From Opitutaceae bacterium (GTDB lineage Bacteria; Verrucomicrobiota; Verrucomicrobiia; Opitutales; Coraliomargaritaceae), in the NCBI GenBank assembly GCA_051252375.1, contig JBPOFY010000001.1, positions 320,001 to 384,000 of the forward strand: a stretch of DNA of 64,000 bases, in the 5' to 3' direction. Shown one piece after another: positions 20,768-32,835 of the stretch. The notes beneath the pieces are model-generated. The model was not told the origin of the DNA. It saw only the letters and a program-made list of their open reading frames with translations, and searched no databases. How positions within the stretch are numbered: position 1 is the stretch's first letter; each line of letters begins with the position of its first letter. The translations under genes and the position numbers were made by a program.

Positions 20768-20862
20768 GAATCAAGGCCCCAACTCGATCTAATTCTATAA
20801 TTACACCCAAGACTGTCAGACTAAGGTGGACAGCCCGAGATATGCGATTTAGCTAAATAATC

Positions 20863-21141
20863 ATGGAAAAGACCGATCCACTCATCTCCGTTCAAATCTC
20901 TGTTTATTCACTCGATGGCAATATCCGTGAAGCGGTGCATTGCTATCTCGATGCGCTCGACGCTGCAGGGCTCGAACGCGACACTGGCACGATGTCCACT
21001 GTCGTATGGGGCGAAGCCGAAGAACTCTGGTTAGGATTACGCGCTGCCTACGAAGCGGTTTCCTCTAAACATAAAGTCGTGGTCAATGTCGGCATGAGCA
21101 ACATCGCTCCCCTTCCCGCCCGAGCTTCCGGTCGCCGCTAA
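20863..21141 (+). CDS. YkoF/thiamine-binding family small protein
   Basis: VQISVYSL...GTMSTVVWGE pattern, 92 aa. Confidence 0.7.
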   Translation: MEKTDPLISVQISVYSLDGNIREAVHCYLDALDAAGLERDTGTMSTVVWGEAEELWLGLRAAYEAVSSKHKVVVNVGMSNIAPLPARASGRR

Positions 21142-21175
21142 GCTATTAGTCATTATTCATTCATAATTTTCCTTC

Positions 21176-21766
21176 ATGATCCTCCGCGTTACTCAATACG
21201 GCGAACCCATCCTCCGCAAAGTCGGTGAGCCACTCACAGAATTCGACGACGATCTGGCGCAACTCGCCGACGATATGGTCGATACCATGTATGATGAAGA
21301 CGGCATCGGCTTGGCTGCCCAGCAGGTCAATCTCCCGCTCCAAATCTGTGTGCTCGATGTGCGCCCGCCCGATGGCGCCGAAGTCCCCTTCAACTACAGC
21401 TTCGACGGCAAGCAGCCACCACTCGATTTGATCATGCCTATGGCGATCATCAATCCAAAGGTCACCATCACCGACAAGACCGAAGATGTTTACGAAGAAG
21501 GCTGCCTCTCTTTTCCTGGAGTGAATGGCAAAGTCACACGACCCAATGGTGTGCGCTGCGAATTTCAAGATACCGAGGGCAACCCGCACGTCCTGGAAGC
21601 CGACGGCCTACTTGGTCGCTGCATCCTGCACGAAGTCGACCACCTAAACGGCGTGCTCTTCATCGACACTATGGACAAGCGCGACGTCAAGAAACACGAA
21701 GCGAAGATCAAAAAACTTAAACGCGCCAGCCGCGACTTCCTGAAAGCCAATAAGAAGAAGCCCTAG
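21176..21766 (+). CDS. def: Peptide deformylase
   Basis: GIGLAAQQ, EGCLS, HEVDHLNG. Confidence 0.97.
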   Translation: MILRVTQYGEPILRKVGEPLTEFDDDLAQLADDMVDTMYDEDGIGLAAQQVNLPLQICVLDVRPPDGAEVPFNYSFDGKQPPLDLIMPMAIINPKVTITDKTEDVYEEGCLSFPGVNGKVTRPNGVRCEFQDTEGNPHVLEADGLLGRCILHEVDHLNGVLFIDTMDKRDVKKHEAKIKKLKRASRDFLKANKKKP

Positions 21767-21778
21767 AAGCTGCTTCAA

Positions 21779-22447
21779 TCACTTCTCAAAGGATCTCGGT
21801 CTGCGCGCGCGTGGCACATCTCTCGCATCAAAGTGCAGGATATATTTCTGCTCAAAGTATGGATCACTGAAGGTTTCTTCTAGATTGATCGTCTTGCGGG
21901 GGCGAATGCCGAGCGCAGTCAGCTCGTCGTCTAGCTCGCCGCCCTTCCAGTAAAGCACGCCATTGGGAATCGTGTTTTTCTCACCACGACGGATGTTGCT
22001 CTTAATCCAACTGAAATACTCCGGCAAATTTTTCACTGCGCGCCCGGTGACAAAGTCGAACTGCTTATTAATCGATTCGGCACGACAGTGTTTCGCTTCG
22101 ACGTTTTTCAAGCCAAGCTTATCGACTAGGTCTTGAACGACGGTGATCTTCTTACCAATCGAATCAATCAGGGTGAAATGCGCCTGTGGGTAGCAAATCG
22201 CCATAATGATACCTGGAAAGCCTCCACCAGTGCCGACATCCATCACACGTGTGCCGTTCATCAACTTGAGGTGATTCGTAATCGCAAGACAGTGCGAGAG
22301 GTGTCGCTGCTCCAAGTGCTCGATATCCTTGCGTGAGATCAAATTGATCTTTTCGTTCCACTCGCGCAGGAGCACCGCCCATTTTTCAAGGACAGTCCAT
22401 GTTTCGTCGGAGACATTGGGGAATTGAGAACGAATCGATTGCATCAC
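21779..22447 (-). CDS. rsmG: 16S rRNA m7G527 methyltransferase
   Basis: [33 protein letters not shown]. Confidence 0.95.
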   Translation of the reverse strand: MMQSIRSQFPNVSDETWTVLEKWAVLLREWNEKINLISRKDIEHLEQRHLSHCLAITNHLKLMNGTRVMDVGTGGGFPGIIMAICYPQAHFTLIDSIGKKITVVQDLVDKLGLKNVEAKHCRAESINKQFDFVTGRAVKNLPEYFSWIKSNIRRGEKNTIPNGVLYWKGGELDDELTALGIRPRKTINLEETFSDPYFEQKYILHFDARDVPRARRPRSFEK

Positions 22448-22494
22448 ATCATCGAAACAACCACATCGACATTGGCGAGACTGGAAGTCTAAAA

Positions 22495-24138
22495 CTATTT
22501 CTTTGAAGCCTCTTTAGGCTGAGCTTCCGCATCTGCGGTCTTCCGTTTTGCTTCTGCAGCTAGAAACGCAGACATCTCCTGTGCAACTGCTCGTTCAATC
22601 GCTCCCTTTGCCTGGGGCGTCTCTAATAATCTTCGAGTGCTTAATCCCATGCCACCCATATATCTAGAGTCCTCGGAAGAACTATATTCTTTTTGCGGGA
22701 CTTCCGCCACGCGTTTTTGATCTGCCAGTAGCTCCTCTGCCTGGTTTTCAATCAAGTTAATCACAGCAGCTTGAGCTGCTTCATAAGGCCCATAGATACC
22801 CTTAATCTTTAAGGTCGAGTTATAACTGGCAAGCGCCTGCGATAACTGTCCTGTCTTCTCTAGGCGCTCCGCGTAAACAAAGGTTTCTATGGCTCGTATA
22901 TCATTATCTAGACTAGGTAACGCAGCCCGTGAATTTCTATAAGCAATTTTTACTACTTTTAAAAACTGCCACAACTCTGGCCAATCGCCCTCTTTCAACA
23001 TTTTTTCCGCTGACTGTTCCACGAAAGCTTCTAGCGATAGGTCCGCCGAAAATTTTGCACGATACTCTGCCGGCATTGATTGCTCGAGTGCACGCATTAG
23101 AATATCATTCTTCACTTCCGCGATCCATTCTTTTGACCGACCCGATGAGTTAGTATAATCGACTAAGCTCAGTGCAATTAATGGGTTGTCTTCTTCGATC
23201 AAGCGTATCGCCGAATCAAAACGCTTCATATTTGTAAGCTGACTGTCCGCTTCGTTCTTGGTATCTCGAAATTGAGTTAATTCTTCCAATTTCGCTTCAG
23301 CGATTTTCATGTCTTCAATCGTCCTAATATTTTCCACGACAGACTCCACGGTAAAAGGTGGCGAAGGCATCGCTGTCGAACCAGTTGCTTGAGCTCGTTT
23401 TGCGGCTTCGACCCCTAACTTCAATTCATTTTGTAACTGCAAGACAGCCGAGCGAGGCACAACCGGAGTCGTTGTCAGTGCTCGATTCAAATTACGTAAG
23501 AATGACTCCGCGGACTTCTTATCCCCAACTGTAAGTGCATTCAGGTAGTCCTGCCATCCGGATACAATTTGCGTTAGATTATTGGTGGTGCTGGAATAAC
23601 TATTGTTATTGTATGACCTCAACGCATTAGCTCGGACCTTTAGCGCTTCGACTTCAGCATAATAGACATCCAGATCCGCAGGGTCTTTTGCTTTCAATAA
23701 GTTTGCTCCCAGCTTTGCAGTGAATGCCGCAAGTTCCGCCTCGAAATCCATGTATTCCGACTTTTTCTCTGCTTCTACCGACTCGATTAACTCGAGATAA
23801 TGTTTAGAACAATCTCCCGTCAAAGCGGTTTGAATGTAATTTGTTCGAGACAGGCTACTTGAAAGATTCGCCCACTGCTCTTGCTGTATGATTGGCTTGA
23901 ACGCGCGAATGGTCGTTAATCCACGCTCAAAGCCCGCCATCGTTGTTTGAATCGCACGATAAGCCGTTTCATCGCTGCTCTGATCGATTGCATCCAACTG
24001 ACCCGCGGCTAACTTCTGCTCTTTCTCCAGACATGTGATGATCGTATCAACGATTTCCATCGGGCTCTGCTTTTTTGCCGCTTCAAGACTACTGCAGATT
24101 AAAATAGGGATGAGACATAGAAGAATAAACTGTTTCAT
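22495..24138 (-). CDS. Hypothetical secreted alpha-helical protein
   Basis: 547-aa ORF with signal peptide; no family recognised. Confidence 0.75.
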   Translation of the reverse strand: MKQFILLCLIPILICSSLEAAKKQSPMEIVDTIITCLEKEQKLAAGQLDAIDQSSDETAYRAIQTTMAGFERGLTTIRAFKPIIQQEQWANLSSSLSRTNYIQTALTGDCSKHYLELIESVEAEKKSEYMDFEAELAAFTAKLGANLLKAKDPADLDVYYAEVEALKVRANALRSYNNNSYSSTTNNLTQIVSGWQDYLNALTVGDKKSAESFLRNLNRALTTTPVVPRSAVLQLQNELKLGVEAAKRAQATGSTAMPSPPFTVESVVENIRTIEDMKIAEAKLEELTQFRDTKNEADSQLTNMKRFDSAIRLIEEDNPLIALSLVDYTNSSGRSKEWIAEVKNDILMRALEQSMPAEYRAKFSADLSLEAFVEQSAEKMLKEGDWPELWQFLKVVKIAYRNSRAALPSLDNDIRAIETFVYAERLEKTGQLSQALASYNSTLKIKGIYGPYEAAQAAVINLIENQAEELLADQKRVAEVPQKEYSSSEDSRYMGGMGLSTRRLLETPQAKGAIERAVAQEMSAFLAAEAKRKTADAEAQPKEASKK

Positions 24139-24256
24139 ATTTTGCTGGGGTTAAAAAACCTAACGTAAACAATATTCAACCAAGGTAAAGATATCATTCT
24201 TGCTGTCCTTAATGTCTGATTGACCAAAAACTAGAAAACGTAGAGATACTCACCGT

Positions 24257-25315
24257 ATGCGACTAATTCGTTGTCTGACTCTCATAACATTAATCACTGC
24301 AAATACAGGATTGAGCCAATTGCCTGACACCACACGGTGGATCATACAATGGGACAACGACCTGCTGTCCGGCTCTGACCGCGACTATACGAACGGTGCG
24401 CGGGTGGCGTTCGTCCAAGATTTGGATCCTAACCAAAAGACGCATAATTTTCTGCAGAAATCCCTCTATCGGCTTACTGGCGCGGCGGGTGGCGGCTTGC
24501 TGGATGACTACCGTTTCAACGACGTAGGCTCGACTCGATTCTCGTGGGGAGTCGGTGTCACCCAATTAATGTTCACTCCGGATGACTTCACCACCTCCGC
24601 TGCCCCCCAGGGAGAGCGCCCCTATGCGGGATGGGCAGGCCTGGAGTTCTCGCTGCATGTGAAGAACGACCATTCTGCAAGCAGCGTCACACTGGCGCTT
24701 GGGACAACCGGTCCGAATAGTTACGCAGGCGACTCCCAGACTTGGGTGCATGAGAATCTCTCCGGTAGCCCGCTCTATCAAGGTTGGGACAGCCAAGTGC
24801 CAGGTGAACTGACGGCGAACCTACACTTCGACCACAAGCGGCGGATCGATTGGTTGGACCGCTCGATTGACTGGCCGATCGAGCTCGATGGCTACACCGA
24901 ATGGGGCGCGGCCTTGGGCAACTTTCGAACCGATGCCTATCTCGGCGGACTGGTTCGTGCGGGCTATAACCTACCAGCAAGCTATGCGACCCCACGCGTG
25001 CAGATCGGCAGCTACGGGCACGCGGTCTTCGCAGATGCACAGGATGACGACGATCCATTTTCAATTTTTGGCTTTGCGGGGGCTCGAGGTTCAGCGGTTT
25101 TGCACGACATCACCTTGGATGGACCCGTCTTTCGCGATTTCGATACTGGCGTCGACCGCGAACCCTTTGTTGGAGAATTACTGGTCGGAGTCGGCATAAG
25201 CTGGGGCAACATCGACCTCAGTCTTTCGCAGACCCTACGAACAGACGAATTCAAAGGACAGGATAAGAACCAAATCTACGGCTCGGTTATGCTACGAGCC
25301 CAGTGGCCATTTTAA
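24257..25315 (+). CDS. LpxR-family lipid A deacylase-like outer-membrane protein
   Basis: DNDL..DRDYTNG, QLMFTP, RPYAGW, QGWD.Q, C-terminal Phe. Confidence 0.88.
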   Translation: MRLIRCLTLITLITANTGLSQLPDTTRWIIQWDNDLLSGSDRDYTNGARVAFVQDLDPNQKTHNFLQKSLYRLTGAAGGGLLDDYRFNDVGSTRFSWGVGVTQLMFTPDDFTTSAAPQGERPYAGWAGLEFSLHVKNDHSASSVTLALGTTGPNSYAGDSQTWVHENLSGSPLYQGWDSQVPGELTANLHFDHKRRIDWLDRSIDWPIELDGYTEWGAALGNFRTDAYLGGLVRAGYNLPASYATPRVQIGSYGHAVFADAQDDDDPFSIFGFAGARGSAVLHDITLDGPVFRDFDTGVDREPFVGELLVGVGISWGNIDLSLSQTLRTDEFKGQDKNQIYGSVMLRAQWPF

Positions 25316-25347
25316 CCCGAATTATGCAAACGAGTTTGAGTAGCCAC

Positions 25348-25377
25348 AAAAAAGCCCGCGATCACTCGCGGGCTTTT
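25348..25377. terminator. Bidirectional intrinsic terminator
   Basis: AAAAAAGCCCGCGA-tcac-TCGCGGGCTTTT between convergent genes. Confidence 0.9.
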
Positions 25378-25397
25378 AAAATTGTTTAGCTGTTTGC

Positions 25398-25634
25398 TTA
25401 TTCAGCACCGTCGTCGCCAATGGCTTCGACTGGACAGCCTTCGAGCGCTTCCATGCAGAGCTCTGCACCTTCAGCGGAATCAGGCTGCTTATGCACGAAG
25501 GAATAACCTCCGTCTTCGTTACGAGTAAAGAAATCCGGAGCAGTCTCACGGCAAAGGTCGCAGTCGATGCATTGTTCATCGACATAGAATTTGCCATTTA
25601 CGTTTTCCGGCCATTTTTCATCTTTTTCTGCCAT
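25398..25634 (-). CDS. Single-cluster [4Fe-4S] ferredoxin
   Basis: CIDCDLC...CPVEAIG. Confidence 0.92.
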   Translation of the reverse strand: MAEKDEKWPENVNGKFYVDEQCIDCDLCRETAPDFFTRNEDGGYSFVHKQPDSAEGAELCMEALEGCPVEAIGDDGAE

Positions 25635-25777
25635 ATCCCGCAAAATCTCAAATTTCGTCTAAGAGTCAAGCAGAACGAAGGCAGAAACTCTTTTGTCTGC
25701 ACGCTTGCGGAGCAAGGAACACCCGCTCATCTTCGAGGTCTTGTAGATATTCTGCCCATTATATTTAGATAGTATCC

Positions 25778-26701
25778 ATGTTGTATGACCGCCCGTATAT
25801 GCGTCAGCCCGCTGAGCCTGCCGCCAAAAGCACTAGTATCGTAATGATTTTGATCATCGCGACCGTCGCGGTGTTTGTGCTCCAGAACATGCTCAACATG
25901 ATGTTTCCCGGATTTCAGGGTAGTAGTAATCGTTTTATGGGCGATTGGTTCGCCTTAAGCGGGCAAAACTTCAAAGAGCTTAAGGCTTGGACCGTGTTGA
26001 GCTATGGCTTCCTACATAGCACCAATGGAATCATCCATATCGTGGGCAATATGCTGGGGCTCTTCTTTATCGGTCGGATGATAGAATCCGTTCTAGGTAA
26101 AAACCAGTTCCTCATCCTTTACCTCGGCGGCACCTTATTCGGCGGTCTGGTCTTCTTACTCTTTCACTACAATAGCCTCAATTCGGTGATCGGTGCATCT
26201 GGAGCCGTGCTGGCCGTGGTAACTTTTTTCTGCCTACTCAAACCCGAGCAACCAATCACCCTACTGCTCTTCTTTGTCCTCCCAGTCACGGTAAAGCCGA
26301 AGTGGATCTTTTGGGCCAGCCTCGGACTTTCTGTATTTGGCCTGATCTTCGACGAGTTGCCAGCGATACGTGATCCTTACACACACACAATGGTGGTGGC
26401 CCACAGCGCACACTTAGGCGGGATCATTGCCGGCATTATCTATTTCCGCTTTGTTTATAATGGCTCTTTCACTTTCTTTCAAGGCAAGCAACGCAAGCCT
26501 GCGGTCGAACTGCCCGAATGGTTTAAGCGCAAACAAAAGATCGAACCTCAAGTCACCTATAAAGTAAACCGCTCGAATCGCGATGCCCTACAAAGTGAAG
26601 TCGATCGCATTCTGGATAAAATTAACGCTACCGGCTTCGGCTCACTCACACCCGAAGAAAAAACCACTCTAGACCAAGCTAAAGACATTCTTAGTAAATA
26701 A
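25778..26701 (+). CDS. Rhomboid intramembrane serine protease with C-terminal soluble domain
   Basis: [24 protein letters not shown] tail. Confidence 0.92.
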   Translation: MLYDRPYMRQPAEPAAKSTSIVMILIIATVAVFVLQNMLNMMFPGFQGSSNRFMGDWFALSGQNFKELKAWTVLSYGFLHSTNGIIHIVGNMLGLFFIGRMIESVLGKNQFLILYLGGTLFGGLVFLLFHYNSLNSVIGASGAVLAVVTFFCLLKPEQPITLLLFFVLPVTVKPKWIFWASLGLSVFGLIFDELPAIRDPYTHTMVVAHSAHLGGIIAGIIYFRFVYNGSFTFFQGKQRKPAVELPEWFKRKQKIEPQVTYKVNRSNRDALQSEVDRILDKINATGFGSLTPEEKTTLDQAKDILSK

Positions 26702-26703
26702 CC

Positions 26704-29157
26704 ATGCAGCCCCTATCCTACCTTTTACGCCGCGCTTTTCGTGGCGGCCTTCTCGCGCTTCTTGCAGTTCAAACGTTCTCCGTTGCCTCCGCAGAGGTAG
26801 AGCTCAAGCAAACTGCCGAAATGGCGGCGCAAACTCGCTGGGTGGTGAATACCATCAACGCCCGTCACTATTTGCGCGACAGCATGCAATCGCTCGACGG
26901 CACCGAAATAGTCGAAGCCTACATCCAAGACTTCGATTACCTCCGCATGTATTTCTTGCGCAGCGAAATCGACGACTTTGTTTTTCGTTTTGGAAATGCG
27001 ATGGAAGAATTCCTCAAAAAGGGAAACCTCTATGCCGCCTTTGAAATGTATGAAGCATTTCGCACGACCGCTAAAGCGCGCACGGATTGGGTATTTGACC
27101 GCCTGCAAAAAGATTTCGACTTCACGGTCGATGAGACCTTCACCCCGGATCGCCGCGAAGCCGAATGGCCAGCCAATACTGCCGAGGCAGATGCACTTTG
27201 GGAGCAACGCCTGAAATACGAATTGCTCAATGAATTGATGTCGCTCGCCAGCGAGGCAAAAGACGAAGACGCTGTAGCTGACAGCGAAGACAGCACTGAA
27301 ACCGTCAAAAAAGAAAGCTCCAGCCTTGAGCCAAAAAATCCCGACATCTACGACGAAGATGATGAAGAGAAGTTTGATCCAACAAAGATACAGCGTCTTT
27401 TAGAAGAGCCCGAATTCTTCGCTGAAATTCTCGACCAAGCCCGTGATAAAATCCATCGCCGCTATGAGCGCAACCTCGGCTACACTCTCGACCGTGAAGC
27501 CGCAGAAGTGCAGGAATCTTTCATCAATGCGATGACCCAGCTATTTGATCCGCACTCCACGTTCCTATCTGCCGACACTCTGGAAAGCTTTAACTCCTCG
27601 GTCCAAAACTCCTTCGTCGGTATCGGCGCCCTCCTCGAAGACGTAGACGGCATTTGCACGATAAAAGAACTTATTCCTGGCGGTCCAGCCGAAGAGTCCC
27701 GCCTCCTCGGTCCCGAAGATCAAATTCTAGGTGTTGCTCAAGGTGAAGATGGAGAGTTCGAAGACGTCGTGGATATGCAACTCCGCTACATCGTGCGTAA
27801 AATAAAGGGCGAAAAGAACACCATCGTCCGCCTCCTGATCCGCCCAGGTGATGCATCCGACCCATCTGTTCGCAAAGACATCCCCATCACTCGTGACGAA
27901 GTCAAACTCACCGCCAACCTCGCTTCCGGAAAACTGATTTCTGTTCCTGTAGACGACACCCACACTATTCCAGTCGGCGTCATCGAGCTACCTTCTTTCT
28001 ATGGTAATATCGGCGCAGGCAATACGCTCACCACAACATCCGACGACGTCACCGAGTTGATTAACAAGCTCCGCGAAGCCGGCGCTCAAGGTCTCATTCT
28101 CGACCTACGCATGAATGGTGGCGGTTTGCTCAGCGAAGCGGTTCGGGTCGCGGGCCTCTTCATCCCGGTCGGTCCAGTGGTTCAAGTCCGCGACAAAAGT
28201 GGCCGCACTGACGTCCTCTCCGATCGCGACATGAATCTACAATGGGACGGTCCACTCATCGTGCTCACTTCCCGCTTCAGTGCCTCTGCTTCCGAGATTG
28301 TTGCCGGCGCACTACAAGACCACGACCGCGCCCTCATTGTTGGGAATACCTCCACCCATGGTAAAGGCACCGTGCAAGAAGTATATCACATGAACAATCG
28401 CCCAGCCTTTTCTTGGTTCCAAACAAAGCCAGCCACACCTACGACTCGCCCGGTAGCTTCCAAGATTACAATCAAGCAGTTCTACTTACCAGATGGTAGT
28501 TCCACTCAAGTCAAAGGCGTGCCTTCGGACATCGCATTGCCATCAGTAAACGAATTCCTACCAATCGGTGAAGACGACTTACCGCATGCACTTGTTTGGG
28601 ACGAAGTTAAACCCGTCGAATGGGTGAACGATTGGAAAAAGCTAAACATCGACAGCCCAGAAGATCCTGCACTGAAAACCGCTTTACGCGAAGCCAGCAG
28701 TCAGCGCCTCGAAGAGCTCGAAGAATTTAAATTCCTCAAACAACAAATCACATGGCGACGTGAACGATACGAAGAAAAAGCGATTTCGATCCACCTCGGA
28801 GCACGCATCGCCAAGAAAATTCGCGAGCAAGCCTACATCGAAGAACTTGACGAGACTTACGAAGCCCTAACTGGAAACGATTACGCGTTTGAAGAATTCA
28901 AGCTGAAGATTGCAGAAGAACAAGACGAACTCTCTCGCAAGAATCTACTCGAACCAACTGTCGAGATCGATGAAGTGGAAGTCATCACGGCAGAAATCGA
29001 AGCCACTGAAGAGGTCGAGAAGGAGGAAGAAGACGAACCCACCTACGACATCTATCTCCGAGAAAGCGCCCGCATCATGGCAGACTGGATACAAGCAATC
29101 AGTGAGACCAAAAATGCGAAAACCACAACTGCGGTGAAAACTGTCAGCGCACTTTAG
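26704..29157 (+). CDS. prc: Tail-specific (carboxy-terminal processing) protease
   Basis: [42 protein letters not shown]. Confidence 0.9.
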   Translation: MQPLSYLLRRAFRGGLLALLAVQTFSVASAEVELKQTAEMAAQTRWVVNTINARHYLRDSMQSLDGTEIVEAYIQDFDYLRMYFLRSEIDDFVFRFGNAMEEFLKKGNLYAAFEMYEAFRTTAKARTDWVFDRLQKDFDFTVDETFTPDRREAEWPANTAEADALWEQRLKYELLNELMSLASEAKDEDAVADSEDSTETVKKESSSLEPKNPDIYDEDDEEKFDPTKIQRLLEEPEFFAEILDQARDKIHRRYERNLGYTLDREAAEVQESFINAMTQLFDPHSTFLSADTLESFNSSVQNSFVGIGALLEDVDGICTIKELIPGGPAEESRLLGPEDQILGVAQGEDGEFEDVVDMQLRYIVRKIKGEKNTIVRLLIRPGDASDPSVRKDIPITRDEVKLTANLASGKLISVPVDDTHTIPVGVIELPSFYGNIGAGNTLTTTSDDVTELINKLREAGAQGLILDLRMNGGGLLSEAVRVAGLFIPVGPVVQVRDKSGRTDVLSDRDMNLQWDGPLIVLTSRFSASASEIVAGALQDHDRALIVGNTSTHGKGTVQEVYHMNNRPAFSWFQTKPATPTTRPVASKITIKQFYLPDGSSTQVKGVPSDIALPSVNEFLPIGEDDLPHALVWDEVKPVEWVNDWKKLNIDSPEDPALKTALREASSQRLEELEEFKFLKQQITWRRERYEEKAISIHLGARIAKKIREQAYIEELDETYEALTGNDYAFEEFKLKIAEEQDELSRKNLLEPTVEIDEVEVITAEIEATEEVEKEEEDEPTYDIYLRESARIMADWIQAISETKNAKTTTAVKTVSAL

Positions 29158-29170
29158 TCGTTTAAAAGAA

Positions 29171-29204
29171 GGCAGTAGATCTACGCTCGCGCAGATCTAC
29201 TGTC
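29171..29204. terminator. Hairpin between convergent genes
   Basis: GGCAGTAGATCT...AGATCTACTGTC. Confidence 0.55.
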
Positions 29205-29258
29205 GTAAGATCATTCCTCTGTAGGAACTGACACTTCAACGATGCAACTGTCGAATTT

Positions 29259-30305
29259 TTAGCGTTTAGACTCTTTGATCCGAAAGACACAGGAGTAAGT
29301 CCCCTGCCCGCCATTAAAATTGGCTCCCGATGCAACATATAGGTGCGTGGGATGACCATCTTTGAGCAGCACTTGCGGACGCTCAAATTTACGGCCGCGG
29401 AAGACTTTGGCATTCTGGAGCAATGTCTTGTCAAGATAGTGATCCATACGATCGTAACCCTGTATTGGGTCTGAGAAATGAACTCCGTCGTCAGATACCC
29501 ATAGGTAGCCGGTTCCCGCATTGTTGTGCGTGGTCAGTAGGTGCACTTTACCATCTTCATAAAAGGCATAACCATCTTCAATCGTTGTCTCATTGCTGGT
29601 AAGCGATTCAGCGCTAAAGATATAAGGTCCCTCAATCTGATCAGCAATCGCAACGCCCATACGACGCACGTCGCCCTTCCTCATGGCTTTGTAGTAGAGG
29701 AAAATACGCCCATCGGGATACTCAAAAAGCGCGGGATTATTCACGCCAACAGTGGACTGATAACTCCAAATGGATGGATCCTCGGGTGGCGAAAGAATCA
29801 AGCCGTCATCCCCGACTTTCTTCCACGGCCCTTCGAGACGATCTGCAACCATCATCCCGATTCGCTGTGAGGCGACTCGTTGGCCTTTATTTCCTCCGGC
29901 ATTCGCAATGTAAGTGAGCACATAGCGCTCTCCCACTTTTTGCACATTGGGATTGTGTGGCGCCCCGAAGTCCCAATCGCCTTCTTGACCACTGCCCTGA
30001 ACGATCACTTCCTGAAACTCAAAAGGCCCCTCCGGATCATCTCCTTGGTAATGGGCAATTTCGCTGTGCGTCAACCACCCGTTGAATGTTGAGCTCAACG
30101 GCCAGCGTGCGACGAACAGGTGCGTCTTCCCCTCGGGGCCAATAATAGGACTAGAGCCCCAGACGTGATAGCCAGGCTCCTCAACTGCGATGCCCACATA
30201 TTCAAGACGATCCGCCCATGAGCGGTCAATTGCATCACTACCAGCAAGCGCTGGTGCACTAGCGAGAATACAGAGAAATAAGGTTTTTGTTAGATATTTT
30301 AGCAT
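29259..30305 (-). CDS. Secreted five-bladed beta-propeller glycoside hydrolase (GH43/GH117-like)
   Basis: Signal peptide, VWGSSP, HLFVARW, HNP, NNP, IEDG, FERPQ. Confidence 0.75.
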   Translation of the reverse strand: MLKYLTKTLFLCILASAPALAGSDAIDRSWADRLEYVGIAVEEPGYHVWGSSPIIGPEGKTHLFVARWPLSSTFNGWLTHSEIAHYQGDDPEGPFEFQEVIVQGSGQEGDWDFGAPHNPNVQKVGERYVLTYIANAGGNKGQRVASQRIGMMVADRLEGPWKKVGDDGLILSPPEDPSIWSYQSTVGVNNPALFEYPDGRIFLYYKAMRKGDVRRMGVAIADQIEGPYIFSAESLTSNETTIEDGYAFYEDGKVHLLTTHNNAGTGYLWVSDDGVHFSDPIQGYDRMDHYLDKTLLQNAKVFRGRKFERPQVLLKDGHPTHLYVASGANFNGGQGTYSCVFRIKESKR

Positions 30306-30324
30306 CTGATAGAAATTTGCTGCT

Positions 30325-31176
30325 CTACAACAAACCGCAAAAATAGAATCGAGGGCGACCACTCATGTCATGATGGCTTTCACTATGAAGGTCCGAGGCG
30401 CTCGCTAAAGCATCCAGCTCTGTGTGTTGGGCGATACCCGTCTCCATCGCGAGTAAGCCGCCTTTGTTTAAATGCGCCGACACACCTTCTAAAATCTTTC
30501 GCAAATCTTCAAGTCCATCCGCACCGGAAACCAAGGCACTGTTCGGTTCGAAAGTAACCACCTCCGGCTCTGCGGTAGTCATCTCATGCTCGGTCAAATA
30601 CGGAGGATTGGAAACGATCAGGTCAAACTGCTCGCCCGCTTCGATTGGCTCAAACCAACTGCCTGATCGTAAAGTCACGCGCTCCGATACATCGAGGGCA
30701 TCGACATTTTCTTGGGCCAAAGCCAAAGCCTCAGGCGATACGTCCACCGCAACCACTTCCGCGTCGGGAAACTTATGTGCTAGGGATAGAGCCAAAGCTC
30801 CGGTTCCAGTGCCAAGGTCCAAAATCCGTTTTGGTGCAGGCTTCTTCTTGTATGCCTCGACGATCAATTCGACGAGCTCCTCCGTTTCGGGGCGTGGTAT
30901 TAACGCCCGGGCGTCGACTTTCAACTGTAGGTCGCAAAACTCTACTGTTCCTAAAATATACTGCAGTGGCTCACGGTTCGCTCGGCGTTTAACTAAAGGT
31001 CGAAGCTCTGCCAGTTGCGACTCTGTCAAAGGTCGATCTAAATCGAGATACAGATCCAGTCGTTTTAACCCGAGCGAGTGCGCAATCAAAATGTCAGCAT
31101 CCAGTTTCGCGTTGGGCACGCCCTTTTCTTTAAAAAAGGCTTCGGTGCGTTCCTTGATCTCGCGAATGGATAGCAT
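30325..31176 (-). CDS. prmC: Release factor glutamine methyltransferase
   Basis: [28 protein letters not shown]. Confidence 0.96.
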   Translation of the reverse strand: MLSIREIKERTEAFFKEKGVPNAKLDADILIAHSLGLKRLDLYLDLDRPLTESQLAELRPLVKRRANREPLQYILGTVEFCDLQLKVDARALIPRPETEELVELIVEAYKKKPAPKRILDLGTGTGALALSLAHKFPDAEVVAVDVSPEALALAQENVDALDVSERVTLRSGSWFEPIEAGEQFDLIVSNPPYLTEHEMTTAEPEVVTFEPNSALVSGADGLEDLRKILEGVSAHLNKGGLLAMETGIAQHTELDALASASDLHSESHHDMSGRPRFYFCGLL

Positions 31177-31219
31177 TTGATGTTCAGTTACACAGAAATT
31201 CTTAGTCTGTGACTAAGGG

Positions 31220-32308
31220 TTATTTCGTCTGTGACTTTAGCAGATTATCAATGCGCGCTTCGTAGTCGTAGTTTTGCAGTGCATCAATCAAGTCATCCAA
31301 GTTGCCATCCACCACAGATGGAAGTGACAGGCTCAATCCGATGCGGTGATCTGTTAATCGACCCTGCGGGTAGTTATATGTTCGGATACGTTCAGAGCGG
31401 TCGCCCGTGCCGATTTGGCCTTTTCGTTCAGCCGCGTATTTCGCATTTTCCTCATCTTCCTTCGCTTTCAGCAAGCGAGAGCGCATCACGGTCAATGCCT
31501 TTGCACGATTCTTAATCTGCGAGCGTTCGTCTGCACAGTAAACGGTGACGCCCGTTGGAATGTGAGTCATCATCACGGCCGAATCGGTCGTGTTGACGTG
31601 CTGACCGCCAGCGCCCGATGCACGCATGGTCGCGATATCCAAATCCTGTGCACGTATCTCAATATCGACCTCTTCTGCCTCTGGAAGCACCGCCACCGTC
31701 GCAGTCGACGTATGAATGCGGCCTTGTGTTTCCGTCACTGGCACGCGCTGCACTCGGTGCACACCACTTTCGAACTTCAAATATTTATAAGCGTCTTCGC
31801 CGGTCATGTTGAAAATGATTTCTCGATAACCACCTGTGTCTGCAACACTCGTGCTCATCACTTCCACACGCCAACCTTTCGACTCGGCATAGCGACTATA
31901 CATACGGAATAGATCGCCCGCAAAAATATTTGCTTCGTCGCCACCAGCGCCACCGCGAATTTCCATCACCGAGTTACGACTATCAGTTGGATCAGGTGGA
32001 ATCATTGCGAACAACACGGCCTTTCCCAAATCATCTATCTGCCCTTCAAGTTCTACGATTTCCTCCTGCGCCATTTCGCGCAATTCCTCTTCCATTGAAG
32101 GATCTTCAAGCATCGCCTTATTTTCAACAATTTGCTCGTTGGCTGAATTATAGGCTTCGAACTTTTCGATCAAGCTGGTGACACGCTGATGTTCACGCCC
32201 GACTTCAGCTGCCCGACGTTGGTCCGAGTAGAAATTTGGCTCCGAGATTTGAGCATCGAGTTCTTCGAGCTTTTCGCGAAACGGAGCAATGTCTGGAATG
32301 TTGTGCAT
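31220..32308 (-). CDS. prfA: Peptide chain release factor 1
   Basis: PVT anticodon motif (QRVPVTE), [12 protein letters not shown]; start placed at MHNIPD (32308). Confidence 0.96.
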   Translation of the reverse strand: MHNIPDIAPFREKLEELDAQISEPNFYSDQRRAAEVGREHQRVTSLIEKFEAYNSANEQIVENKAMLEDPSMEEELREMAQEEIVELEGQIDDLGKAVLFAMIPPDPTDSRNSVMEIRGGAGGDEANIFAGDLFRMYSRYAESKGWRVEVMSTSVADTGGYREIIFNMTGEDAYKYLKFESGVHRVQRVPVTETQGRIHTSTATVAVLPEAEEVDIEIRAQDLDIATMRASGAGGQHVNTTDSAVMMTHIPTGVTVYCADERSQIKNRAKALTVMRSRLLKAKEDEENAKYAAERKGQIGTGDRSERIRTYNYPQGRLTDHRIGLSLSLPSVVDGNLDDLIDALQNYDYEARIDNLLKSQTK

Positions 32309-32332
32309 AATTTTGTCTAAAAAATATTTATT

Positions 32333-32763
32333 AACCACGAAGGGCTCAAAGGCCACGAAGTTATTAAATGACGTATCTTTTCAGCCCATCTTTTAAACGA
32401 GCTTGGTTGAAGTTAATTAACAATCCAACACGAATTCCTGAAAGTTTTAGGTAGGTCAATATCTGAGCTTCGTGGACGGCATCTAGAACCTTCACCTTTG
32501 AGCTCTACGATTAAACAATTATCAATAAGTATATCGACCCGGTAAGCTGCTTCTAATTGCTCGCCCTTATAGTCAATCGGCACAGGAGCCTGAGCAACAA
32601 ACGGGATGTCTGCCAATTTCAACTCACGGCATAGACATGTCTCATAGGTCGATTCCAATAAACCCGGACCTAAATTTCGATGCACCTCTATCGCGCAACC
32701 GATTACTCTCTTCGAAATTTCTTCAAATTCAGTGACTTCGTGCTCTCTGTGCCCTTCGTGGTT
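32333..32763. mobile_element. Putative GxxExxY cassette bounded by 29-bp imperfect inverted repeats
   Basis: Left AACCACGAAGGGCTCAAAGGCCACGAAGT (32333-32361) versus right reverse complement AACCACGAAGGGCACAGAGAGCACGAAGT (32735-32763): 25/29 identical. Confidence 0.6.
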
Positions 32764-32766
32764 CAT
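32364..32766 (-). pseudogene. GxxExxY protein (PD-(D/E)XK nuclease superfamily), frameshifted
   Basis: GPGLLESTYE, YRVDILID, IVELK; the expected C-terminus VKVLDAVHEAQILTYLKLSGIRVGLLINFN...KRYVI* continues in another frame after CTCAAAG near 32496. Confidence 0.85.
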
Positions 32767-32835
32767 TAATTACCGTGTTAGCTGAAATTCGTTGCAGTAA
32801 AGCGGCTAGCTCATAACAGTCGAGGTCTGCCTGCA

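Noticed and set aside
20510..20770. CRISPR array or tRNA
   Set aside because: The repeats are only 8-14 bp without repeat-spacer periodicity, and there is no cloverleaf.
32309..32356. N-terminal extension of RF1 in the ORF track (MAFEPFVV...)
   Set aside because: It derives from the inverted repeat of the GxxExxY cassette; the ATG at 32308 gives a normal length.
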